A DNA stretch of 63,814 bases, filler included, from Klebsormidium nitens (Eukaryota; Plantae; Klebsormidiophyceae), in assembly GCA_000708835.1 (NCBI GenBank). It is 5 parts of 5 records of this genome, joined end to end, with 100 filler letters (N's around TTAATTAATTAA, not from the genome) between each part and the next. Parts side by side here need not be neighbours in the genome. Positions count along the whole stretch, not along the records: positions 32,038 to 55,433 come from DF237874.1; 4 more parts are not named here. One strand, 5' to 3'. Shown here piece by piece: positions 36,168-48,167 of the stretch (its first letter is position 1; each line of letters starts with the position of its first letter). The notes beneath the pieces are model-generated. The model searched no databases. It was not told where the DNA came from and was given only the letters and a program-made list of their open reading frames with translations. The position numbers and the translations under genes are program-made.

Positions 36168-38048
36168 GTTGGCTGGACTGCAAAGATCCGGCACAGCAGC
36201 ATCGGGGCAGGCCTCACGCACAAACCACAGCCCAGGTCTACAAGAGCGGCTCAGAGTGGCGGCGCCCGCTTGGCTCCCGGTGCACAGCGCAGCCCACCAG
36301 CCACGGCCCACCATAATCAACAGGTACAAATGATCGCCTCAATGCCAGCCGGCTGCATGAGCCACCACTATAACTTGCGGTGCGCAAACCTGACCAAGGG
36401 GAGAGACGGGTGCACAGCCAACCATTGAACGCATGAGCCTGATGTCAATGAGGAATCCGCAGCATTGCACCACATTGCACAGTCCTAGGATCATTCAGCA
36501 GGGCCCCGCGGGCTCGTCGACGTCGGAAGGCGCCGTTGCGGCCGCCCGCGCCTCGACCATCTAGGAATCAGGATACTGAGCGCAGACTCACTCACCGGAC
36601 GGCTCAATTTTCTTTGGTAATGGTTGAAAACGCGCGCCGTGCCTAGATAGCAACTCGTCAGACTGAGCGGTGCGGTCCGATCACTGCGCAGTGCGGTGCC
36701 AGCCTTGCTCCAACCGAAACCGTCCGATCAAAACAGCATTTGCAACTTGCCGTCGATGGGCCTGGTTTTGACAGTCGAACTCGCCGAGTTTCACGGAATT
36801 CCTAGCCCCGCTGGCAAGTTGCGCCAGGTGGGTCGTGCTCACATCGCAAAATCTGGACACACGCGAGATCGCAATCTGATCAATCATCAAACCGTTCTCA
36901 CCTTCCTCCCACTTTGCCATGGTGCTTCCAGAATCTGCCAATGCTTGGGCCATGGCTTCCTCACCATCCTAGGGTACCTAATCTTACAATTGCAAAGCTT
37001 TGCGTGAGCCCTACGGTACCTGCTGTAATTGAGCTTGAGCCTTGAGGTGCTGTAGAATCACAGTCAGCTTGTCCGAACACCGCAAGTGCGGTCCAAGTGT
37101 GTTGAGATTTGTGCCGTGTTAAAACAGGCTGTCTCAAGCCCTGGGGAGCAATGTTAGCTGCCAGATCCTGTGTGTAGTGAGGATGCCAATGGTGAAGAAG
37201 AGGCGCAGAGCACTTTGGTGCAGCCCCAGGCTGCCCAACTGCCGACACATGATCATGATGAGTACGGTGTAATCCTGGGGGAATTGTACCAGGTGAGCTC
37301 CCATGAGCAGCATCACGACTACGCTGAGTTTGGTTGACCTGAATTGCATGGGTCCATTGGGCAAAAGGCAAGACCTGAATGGCATTCTGAGGGCGTCAGC
37401 TGGGAGGGGCTAAGAAGTGCTTTGCAATGCCTGCATGAGGTCAAGTGCGAGGGTGCAAACCACTGACACTGCCTAAGAGTGCTTGATGGATTATCTACTT
37501 GGCTCTCTCTTTTGCCTGGTGATTCTTGCCTGCATTTGGTCAAGAGGAGGTGTATGGCTAAGCACATTCGAGCAAAAATAGATTTGCTCGACTTCACGGG
37601 ATCTCGCTCTGCAGTGCAATTCCCCTTGTGAATCCAACACGATGCCTGACGGTGCCTAATTCAAAGCCCCAAAGTTAGTCTAGTCAGCCGGCATTTGTGT
37701 GGTGCTCAAAATTGCAACAGCCGTGTTCTTAGCCATCCAATATACTGAGACTGCGCGGTTTGGGAAACTCTTTGCAGGCAAGTGCTTGAGGACTAGGCTG
37801 CTGCGACCTACATACATGTCCTCACTTCCGTTTGCAAAGCACTTGATTGGAGCGGACGGATTACCGGCAGTCGTTAGCTGCAGTGCTGCGGCCCTGGCTG
37901 GTGAATGCCACCTTGTTTTCTGGCGCGCTGGGTTGGAGGTCCAACAGTCGAGTCAGTAAAGTGCCCCTCCCTTGCAATTTTGGAGATCTGGTCTTGAAAG
38001 GGTTGCCCTAGGCCCAAAGGGGCAGTTTGCCCCCTGCGCCGCGGTGGC

Positions 38049-41000
38049 ATGGGCAACAGCCTGACCTCCCGCAGCAGCGGGGAGCCCCACCGCCTGGAGG
38101 CCAGCATCTTCCGCAAGGGCGAGCACTCGCGGCGCGGCGTCAAAGTGGGGGGGCTCAAAGTGAGTGTCCAGGAGGCCCCCGAGTACCCGGACGAGCCGGA
38201 GCTTGAGAACGACCTCAATGTCAGCTTTGGCTACCACTGCCGCACCTACTCGGATGCCGATGGGGGGGCGCTCTCCAAGAGCTTTGGCGAATCGTCCAGT
38301 TCGGCGCTGGGCGGCAGCACGCCCGACTCGTTCAAGGACATGTCGCCCCTGGGTGTGGCGCCCTACCCCGGCGCGGGGGACGGGTGGAAGCGCAGCCGCA
38401 AGCACGGGTCGTTCTCGTCGCTGGCAGGCGCCGCGCTGGGGGCCAACACGACGCTGGGCAACACAACGCTGGCTCACGGCAGCGTCCCCAACCTGGACTC
38501 CCCGCGCACCTTCCGCAAGCTGGGCTCCGGCGCGCTCTCCGTCTCCAGCTTTGCCACCAGCACCCACTCCAGCAGCTCGTCATCGGGCTCCGGCCCCTTT
38601 GCTTTCAAAACTGCGTCCTCTCCCAGCCCCCCCCTGCCCTCCATCCTGGACGATGCGGGGTGGCCGCGCGGCGGGGGCGGGCCGCACAGCTCGAGCGCCC
38701 CCAGCCTGGCCAAGCACGCCAGCTTCTTGCATGCCAGCGACCTCCAGATGGCGGGCGGCTGCGCGGGGGAGGACCGCGTGATGGCCGTGTGCAGCGAGGA
38801 GAACGGGTGGCTCTTCTGCGGGGTGTATGACGGCTTCAACGGCAGGGACGCCGCAGACTACCTGGCAGCCAACCTGTGAGTGCCAAGGGAAAAAGGGAGG
38901 CGGAGGGAAGGGGGGAAAAGCGAAGCGAAGGGGGGAGAGCGGATGAGTGCATTCATATGCACCACGTATGGCACCCGATGATGTGGTGACGTGCAATGTG
39001 GTGCTGCTCCACGTACTTTCTTCTTCAGACGCGGAGTGCCAGGCGCTTTTGTCAACCGCCCAACACCCCTGGTGCATTGTGGGCATTTAGCACGGCGTAG
39101 GTTCCCCTTGAAGTGCTGATGCAGCTTGTTTGCAGCAGCTCCTTGCTAGGAACTCTGGTGATGATAGCGGAGGCGGGCTGGCATGCATGCACCCTGGTTG
39201 CTAAGGTTGCTCACCCCTTGTTGCTGGTGTGCAGGTATGAGAACATCTGCATGCAGCTGCGCCTGCTGGAGTGGCGGCTGCAGCACGACCAAGGGGGGGC
39301 CGAGGCCCCGCTGGTTGGGGGCCGCATCTGGCAGCACACGTGCTCCCACGCCGGCTCCCGGGGGGGCGCGGACGAGGGGGACGCCGACACTGCCGATGTG
39401 CTTGCAAGTGTTGACATAAATGTGACGGGGCTGGAGCTAGAAAGCAAGGCAGGCAAGAAGGCTGGCCGGGAGGGCGGGGTCAGCATACCCCCCGCAAGCA
39501 GCACGTACGGGCGCTGCGCCACGGCCCCTAAAGCAATCGGGGGCCTGCCACGCATTGCTGAGGGGAAGCGGCGCTCCGTGTCCCCCTGGAACGGCGGTCG
39601 GCCCGGTACCAGCCTGGCGCGCAGCCTCAGCGACGTGGCCTTTCCACGCTCGCCCAAACGCGCGGCAGCGCCCACCCGCTGTGAGGCGTGTGTGGCCGCG
39701 GAGACTCTGCGGGCACAGGGAGGGCCCGACGGGGCAGCAGCGAGCAGCAGGGGGAAGGGGGGGCTGGGGGCGGGGCAGGTGTGAGCGAGGAGGCGTTCCG
39801 GGGGGGGGTGGTGCGCGGACTGGTGAAAGCACTGGCGGCGACGGAATCGGACTTCATGGACACGGTGGAGCTGGAGATGGACGAGCGGCCGGACCTGGTG
39901 ATGGTGGGCAGCTGCGTGCTGGCGTGCCTGATGCACGGGCAGCACCTGTACGCGCTCAACCTGGGGGACAGCCGCGCCGTGCTCGCCACGCGGGGGGGCG
40001 GCAGCGGGGTGGGCTGCTGCGACGAGGGGTGCTGCGCGGTGCAGCTGACGCAGGACCACAAGGTGGCTGACGTCGACGAGCGCGACCGGCTGCTCGGGGA
40101 GCACCCCGATGACGACACCACCATCTGGAACGGGCGAGTCAAGGGCAAGCTCGCCGTCACGCGCGCCTTTGGGGCCGGCTACCTTAAAAAGGTGCGCAAA
40201 CGGAGGACCTTTGGCCGACTCTGCGGCCTTGCTTTCGATTGAGGCTGGTATGGGGACGGGGCGTCAATGTCGTAGGCCTCTGCATTCGCTGGATTCCAAT
40301 GGTCAACCGATTCCCATCCAGGTGTATTTTCAATTTGACATGGAGGACGAACGGAGGGCCAGAACGAGCGTTCTGGTGTGCCAGGGCCCTATCGCCAGCA
40401 TGCAGCACGGCCGCTTGCTGGCCACCCCTTCTGCGGCGCTGACTGTGCGTGCCCAATTGTGCTTTGCTGCAGAAGAAGATGAACGACGCGCTGATGGGCA
40501 TCCTGCGCGTGTCGGATCTGGAGAGCCCGCCGTACATCAGCACGCAGCCGTGGGTGCACGTGCATGCGGTGACGCCCGCGGACCGCTTCGTGCTGCTCTC
40601 CAGCGACGGCCTCAACGACTTTTACACCAACCAGGAGGCCGTGCACGAGGTCTGCCGCTTCACCGCGGCGCACCCCGACGCCGACCCCGCCAAACACCTC
40701 CTCGAACAGCTCCTGGCCAGGGCCGCCGACAAAGCAGGTGAGGGCGGCCGCAGGCGCCTAAATTTCTCGGGTTGAGATGATTAGAGTGTCGGCCAAGGAT
40801 TACACCACCATAGCAACAAGGATCGAACTTGAAAGTGAGGTGTCGGTTGACGATCAGACAGGATTCGGTCTGGTTCTTGCGCGGATGTGAGTTCTTCGCC
40901 CTCTGCCAGCGTGTGCTTGCAGGGCGGACACGGACGAGGGCTGTCTTCGTAGAATCTGACGTTGAGCGTGCTCCTGTTGCGTGTGATTGGCAGGCCTGAC

Positions 41001-41133
41001 GGTGGAGCAGCTGAAGAACGTGCCCAGTGGGCGGCGGCGTAAGTATCATGACGACATCACGATCGTCATCATCATGTTGCAGCCGGGGAACATGAAGACG
41101 TCGTCCGCATCGACGTTAAACGGCCATGTATGA
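38049..41133 (+). CDS. Protein phosphatase 2C, clade C (POL/PLL-related, closest in motif to the At3g16560/PP2C40 type)
   Basis: MGN N-terminus; SFGYHC; [41 protein letters not shown]; [11 protein letters not shown]; [16 protein letters not shown]; LSSDGL; [11 protein letters not shown]. Exons ~38049-38876, 39236-40190, 40472-40737, 40996-41133. Confidence 0.92.
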
Positions 41134-42852
41134 TACAGGCGCAGCAGAGATCAAGAGGGCGCAAACATGCCTCTCGATGCTGAGGAAACGCAATTTTGAT
41201 CCTGAGGGGACCAAAGCAGAAACCGGCGAGGCAAAAAGAAGGTGCATACTCGATGAGCAAGGTTTATCTTGCTCAACAGGAACAGGCTGGCTATTTAGAT
41301 CCGTCTATGCCAGATTAGTAGGCTTTGCTCTATATTGCTCTTTACTATGTAACTTACGGTACAAGGATAGACATAGGCATTCGGTAATTTTTCCAGCTCA
41401 AGCCGTTCGACCATCCAGATTGAGGGATGGGCCGGCCACGTTGATGGACACGCATCCATTCAAACTTCGGGTCTCGAACGTTGTGTGACTCTCGAGCGCA
41501 TAAGGTTTTTTCACTCCGCATGCAAGCATCGCTAAGTGGATTGCACACTAACAACCAGGCCGCCTACTGGACGGTGGAAGCTTTGAGGACCAGACCCCCG
41601 GCCAAAAGCTTTGCAATTCTGGTGTGGGTGATAAGGTTTTGACAGTTTATAGATACACAACACGGTATGTGTGACTGGCACCGCACATGCCAGCATGTTA
41701 AGGGATGAGGAATGCTCAGACCTTGTACTTAAAGCAAGCCGCTTGCGTCTTGAAGTTCAGTGGTCAATATGATCGTATGAATTGTTCAAACACATATATT
41801 GTAGTAAACCGGCTCGCCATTAGGAGGCTATAGCCATCAGCCACCGCGCACTGCAATGCTGTGGATTGTAATATCATTCAATTAGTAACGGTAACTGAAG
41901 ATCAATGTTGGTTGGCCGGAGCTCGAGGGGCGGCCCGCGCAGCCTGGCAGGGGGCGGCCCTAGAATCATGGTACGGTACAGACCGAATTCGCGACATTGC
42001 TGGCACTCTTAGTAAACCATTTTCTGGCCGGGCGCCGCCGAGTCGTACACTTCGTTTACAACGATCCCTGGCTAGACGGCCCGGGCCGGCCCGGCCGCGC
42101 TCAAATTTGCATGCATGATCTGCATCATTATCAGTTAGCGCGCTTTTGCAAGTTGATCTAGCTATAGTTGCGGGCCGGCCAGTTAGTACGTGCATCGAGA
42201 TCGTAGTGTAGGCTATACGTACGTTGGTATACGAGAATAAATTAATTACTCGCCACGTGCACTGGATTGTATATACCCCGGGACGTACCGTCTATATATA
42301 TACAGGCCGGCGCTTTCTGGGGCCATGCATGGATCATCATTGGTGCGGCGGCAGCGATCGTCGAACATTGCACTGCAGCCCTCTATACGTACATGCGTGG
42401 TGATTTGAGCCTGCCGATCAATTACGCAGTGCTGTGATGTCTTTAAACCTTAGCTAGCATGGCGGCAGGCGCTTTCAATCACTTCGACATGTATACGATT
42501 TTACAATTTTAGCCGTTAACTTAGCATTCATTGCAACCCAAAATTCACGTATACAAACGTGCGTAACCTTTAAGCGTTTGCATTCCATGATTGCGGCGGG
42601 CCTTGTGCTGGCATGTGCACCATTGCCTGACATGTACTATACGGTGGCGGCCATGGGCCACATGTAAAGTTCTCACACAGGGTTTCGATCTTTCAATCAA
42701 GGGCGAATGTGTACGGTCGACTGCTCAATGACTCATGGCCAATAAGTTGAGAAAAATAGTCAAGTTTGAAGTTGACAACAACATGATTGTACAGGTTGCG
42801 AGGAGCCAAACGCATGATCGCTCGCGCTTCCGAGATTCGGTTGGTACTGAGG

Positions 42853-45800
42853 CTACTGCTTGAGGGGTGCCTTTTTGACCCGGTCCGATATTCGGACAGG
42901 TCCCTCCACGTGCGATTTAAACCGTCCTCGCCCTTCTTCTGTTTGATCCTGCACAAGAGACGACAGGTCCGCGTGAGGGGCGCACAATCTGGACCCACGC
43001 AATTGTACAACCAGTGTGTCGAAGAACAACCCGGACGTGCGCCATGCCAAATTGTAGATCAACAGATGGCAGAGCCTGGCTGCTTGAAGCTTGTGACGGC
43101 AGCTGAATGCTGGGGAGTAACGTGCACTGCGGCGCGCGCGCGGCACGCACCTTCCGTTTGACGATCTGCACGACGTCCTCGTCCTCGAGCTCGTGCTGCA
43201 GGCCGCAGCGCTGCGGGAAGTGCTTGGCGCTGGTGCCCCACACGAGGCCGTACTTGAAGTCCTTGGCCAGGCTGCGGTGCAGCTGCCCGCAAAAGTCCTC
43301 CACCGAGCAACCGCCGCGGTCCTGCGCGCACCACACGCACCCCACGCTCAGAGCTCCGCCAGCAGCGGCGCCGCGATGCCGGGCGGCGCACCCACGGCGA
43401 AGACGGAGGGGAAGACAAAGGCGACGACAGAGGGGCGCGTGCATTCAGCAAGCTTTTGAGATGGACATGAACGCAGCGCGTGACTGCCCAAGACCTGGAT
43501 AATAGGATGAAGATCTGAACGAACAACTAGGTAGGAAGCAGTGGGCTACTCAATACAATTACAACGGCGAGAAGCAATAGCAATGTCGCAGACAAGTCCA
43601 CTGCTAATGAGAGGGGGCGGGGAGTGCGGGCTGACGTGCGACATGACGATGGGCTCCGAGAAGTCGGGGTGCTGCCCCTGCGGCTTGGTGAAGACGCGCA
43701 CGAGGCCCATGGTGGCCCACATGGCCGCCAGCAGCCGGTCCAGGTTCAGCTGCGGACACAGAGGGACAGCGCGGATCAACGGGGTGAGGACGGGACACGG
43801 CGGACGCAAGTCAGGCGGGGACAAGGGAACAGGCCAGGGAGACCTCCGAAGAACAGAGGCGTCAAGGAGCGGGGCGCAGGACTTAGTCAACGACAGTAAC
43901 AGTGACACCAGAATCGACAAGGCTGCCCCGCGTAAGCGCAAAGCAGGAAGAGCGATCACAGGGCTCTACAGGAGTGCCGGCCATGCCACGTTGTTTCATC
44001 GCTCGGCTGGCAGCCGGAGTGCGAGCTGGGTACGTGGCGGCGGCGCGGGGCCTCACTTGCATGGAGCAGGAGATGACGACGGAGTTGGGCAGGCGCGAGA
44101 GGCGGTCCACGTCGTCCATGCCCATGACGTCGATCTTGTTGTACACGTACAGGCACTTGATGTATTTGCGGTTGCCCTCGATGACGTCGATCAGCTGGTC
44201 CACCGTGGCGTCCTCGCGGAACAGCACCTGCGCACGACGGCAGGCTATGCTGGAATGTCCGACGCACTTGTCAAACTTTGGCAATGGCAAGGTCACCATC
44301 AAGCAGTCTGCACATAGGGGCTGACGGGTCGGCAGCGACATCGGTGCAGAGACGTTTCCAGTGAGAATGGCTTGAGATAGTCCGCAAGACAAGGAGATGG
44401 AGTACTGGGACGTAGACCCCAGGTGGGCAGGGCGGCACCTCGGCGTTGTGGATCTTGTACTCGTGCAGGATCTGGTAGCACAGCTTCTCGTCGATGTGCG
44501 TCAGCGGGGCCGTGCTGTTGAACGAGATGCCCCCCGTCTTCTTCCGCTTGAAGTAGATCTGCACCGCAGCGCATCCCGTCAGTCTCAACAGCACGGTAGC
44601 ACCCACAGCCCGAGCAGGTCTTCGGAGAAAGGGCCGGGCAAAACTTCAGACCTCGGATTGGCCCATGCCTTTTCTTTTCTACCCAGTAAAAGGGCACACC
44701 TGTTGCCTTCCATCACGGAGATAATCGGTCCCAGCACTCTCGGGCTGTGCCTCACCTGCGGCGGTCGTTGGTTCAGGCGGAGCCCCACGGCCTCCAGCTC
44801 TGCAGTCAGAATCTCTTTGTGCCGGTCGTTCTGCAGAGGAGGAGGAAGGCGTCAAAGAAACATGAGACCAAAAGTGTTTCATCTTCAAATGCCCCACGCA
44901 ATCCTCGAATGCATGCGGAACCCAAAGCTCTTTCGGTTTTATTGTGAGTAATGTTTTCGTCGGTTTGTATAAGAAGAGCCGCTGAAGACAGTGTAGGGCG
45001 TCAGCCGAATACATTCGAGCTCATTGAGAACCATACTTTTAAGAAAGAGCCTAGAAAGTCTTGATCTGGCTGCCAGGTTCAGTTGCGGTGTGTCAAGGAG
45101 CCGCGCTGACCTTGGATGCGTCCAGCACCATGAGGACGAGGTCGGAGGACTTGGCGACGGCGATGACCTGGCGCCCGCGGCCCTTGCCCTGCGCGGCGCC
45201 CTCAATGATTCCAGGCAGATCGAGCAGCTGGATCTTGGCGTCGTTGTAGTGGATGATCCCCGGGATGCACGTCAGCGTGGTGAACTCGTACGCGGCAGCC
45301 TCGCTCTTGGTGCCCGTCAGCTGCGTCAGCAAGGTGGACTTGCCCACGCTGCACGAGGAGGGGGCACGCATATGAGCAGGGGGTGGGCAGACCGCTGGGG
45401 TCCGATGAGAGTGGGCTCAGATATGGGGACGAATTGGCAGAAGCATAAAGACAGATGCAGGAAGCCGCTCTCTCAAGAGTTACGCGCTGCATACTTGACG
45501 ACGCCCCGAGGTGGATGAATGACCAGCCTTGTCTAAGCTGATGAAGCCCAATAAGCTAGACAGCCCCTGTCCCACGGAGATGTAGGATGGAGGCATCGGC
45601 TATTGTCAGCTCACAATGGTCTCAATTCGAAGAGGACGGACGTACCTGGGGAAGCCAATAAGCGCCACTCTGGCATGCCCATACTTGGTCACCTCAAACC
45701 CATCCCCCTGTCCGCTGGCACCCTACAGACACAAGAGAAAGAGGCTTTTAAGGGGGCGGCTGATGCACGAGAGTCACGAGAAGCGTGAGGGGTCTCGAAC

Positions 45801-46491
45801 CACCATGCGACCTGGGGGGTGGACTGCTCCGGCACCCCCTTCTCGTAAGTGTCCCTGAGGCTGCCTTCTCCACAGCACTTATATCTCAAACTCGTCCACT
45901 CGCACACGGTCTTGAGCAGACGCGGTACTCAAAAACGCTTCCATGCAGCGCACGTGAGGGAAACTGTGCCACACCAAAATGCTTCGAACGGACGACATTA
46001 TATTTTTTTGATCACACAAGTGGCATTTGCCAGCCCGGCCAACATATGTGGTGGCAGCTGGGCCACAAATGCATTGGATGGGCGTGGGGGGTGGTCGCGG
46101 CGGCTCACCTTGGCCGGCTCCAGCAGCGTGGTGCGCAGCTTGGCCAGCTTGGCTTTGAGCTGCCCCAGATGGTACTCTGCACACACACACCACCGCACCA
46201 AAGCCTAAGCGGCCCCGTTCGGCACACCACCCATTCTCGCCACTGTGGACGCATTTCGGGAACTTCATAGATTGGCATAGACGGAAAGCATGTCGCCAGG
46301 CGCAAGCGATCTTTGTTGTGGCCCATCAACAGCACTACCAGCAGCGGGACAACGAAGCAGAAAAGCCAGCAGATGCACAAAATGCTCAGAAAGACATGTC
46401 TAAGTCGTGTCGGGGCCTCACCTGTGGCCTTGTTCTTCTGCGTGCGAGCCATCTCCGCCTCAATCTCCTTGATGCGTTCAATGACCCCCAT
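42853..46491 (-). CDS. DRG2: Developmentally regulated GTP-binding protein (DRG2-type, OBG family), about 10 exons
   Basis: [36 protein letters not shown]; GFPSVGKST; YEFTTLT; [10 protein letters not shown]; YNKID; TGS-domain [19 protein letters not shown]; plant-type tail GRGRFKSH...KKAPLKQ. Confidence 0.96.
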
Positions 46492-46769
46492 CTTGAGGCG
46501 CTTCGCTGCAACCCCTCTGAAAAAGTGATGATGTCAATTGCAAGCAATGAGGCAGTCGGGCGCCAATCAAGCCTAATACGCCTCAAACCTTACTAAGTGC
46601 CGTGCAACCTGTTTTGCAAGGTGAGATTGTGCCACCATTTTCTAACCTTCAGGTCCTTCCACGACAAAGTACAAACTCAAATTCAATGATCTGCAGATTT
46701 TTGTGGGCAGCTGGGCAAAATTCTGCTGTGTTGCAATTTGTAAGGCTTTCAAGTTTCGAGCTAGGTGTC

Positions 46770-46815
46770 TAGGGTTTTGGCGCTTCTCCGAACCCCAGGA
46801 AATCTACAAACCCTA
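46770..46815. promoter_or_regulatory. Telo-box-like motifs (TAGGGTTT at 46770, AAACCCTA at 46808; another near 47339) upstream of DRG2
   Basis: Exact AAACCCTA matches. Telo-boxes are known in plant promoters of translation-related genes. Function here is untested. Confidence 0.45.
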
Positions 46816-46849
46816 AAACTCTTAGTATGTAGACCCTAATATATATGAA

Positions 46850-47292
46850 CAGTGTTCGTGGCGAAACCTAATTGATTTCGCCAATTAGGTTTGCGCATTA
46901 GGTCCTAGTTTGCGCATATTCGCGCAAACGGAGGAGTTTGCGCAGGCTGGCGAAATTAAGCGCGGCCGCGCGGCCGCGCGTAGGCGCGCAGGCGCAAAAC
47001 GCCTGTGTCAATGACATTTTGGGCCCAGGTAGCAGTTACTCTTGACCCTGAATGAACAGTGTTCGCTGGAGGCAGCTGATAGTTCGGTTAAGTGTCAGAC
47101 CAATACTCTTTTTGGCACCAAGTCATAAGCTGAGGTGCCCGAAATCCCCCCGAAATAGCATCATAAGCATACACTGACGCAAAACCAACACTGACAGATA
47201 ATTTCGCCAATTTCGCCAATTAGGGTGAATTTGCGCTTCAGCAATTACCTAGTGTTTGCGCATTTCCAAAACCAATTTCGCCACGATCACTG
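46850..47292. mobile_element. Non-autonomous TIR element (MITE), hAT-like ends
   Basis: 17-bp TIR CAGTGTTCGTGGCGAAA / TTTCGCCACGATCACTG (1 mismatch). Many subterminal TTTCGCCAATT and TTTGCGCA repeats. Near-TSD ATATATGAA / ATAATATGAA. Confidence 0.8.
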
Positions 47293-48167
47293 ATAATATG
47301 AACCCTATAAACTCAAACCCTCAACCTCAAACCCCCCAAACCCTAATACCTACTATCCCGCCGTCAGCTTGACGTCAGCGCCAGCTTGCTTCCTGCCAAC
47401 ATTCGAACATTCTTGCCAAATCCCGAGGCCATCATGCTAATGCCAATGGTGACCAGTGCGCGCGTTGATGGTCAAAGTGGCCGCGAGGTTCCCCTCAAGG
47501 GATGCATAGTACAAAACAATCAGCATCACAGAGAGGGCGGAGGCCTCGATCTTTTGTTGAGTAGAATCGACATGCTGAGTGTCTGAAGAGAGTTGCAATG
47601 GGCTGTACATAAGGCTGGGATTCGCAGCACGTCGCAGCTGAGGGGAGGAGCGAGGAGCATTAGGAAAGGGCGGGTGCCCGCCAGCAGAAGGGAGCTGGAC
47701 CAGCACAGCCTGCATCAAGCCAAGGCAAGGGCGCGTTGCTCAAAGGTAGTTCTCAGCTGGAGCTTGTCTTACTCAAATGGTCGTAGGGCTGGCATAGACT
47801 GCCAACGGGCCCTGCATTCTTGTTCAAGAGTTGCCCTTTTTAAAGTGTTGAGCTGGCGTGTCCATGGAAGATCCGTCCTGGGTGCGTGCCCTGATAGCGA
47901 CTAAGTACTGTATGCCAAATTGCCCAATGCCAGAGTGCCCTAAGACTAGTGGGCCTAGTGCGTGTTCTTGCTTGGCTGGCTCTCTAGCTGAGGAATTATG
48001 CCCCCGGGCCCCAACACCTCAATCATTCTCGATTACGTTTCTTGCGCAACTGAAGCCAGGAAAGGATTGGACAATAGCAGCGGGGTTGCTCTCTTTCTGC
48101 AGTTAGTCTCTATAGATCAGAGTGCATAGAGCGTCACTTTGACCTTCCCCACAGGGAGTCTGCTGCC

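Noticed and set aside
20679-46491. Functional cluster of translation genes (NEMF, tRNA, DRG2)
   Set aside because: Split by a contig spacer and interleaved with unrelated genes.
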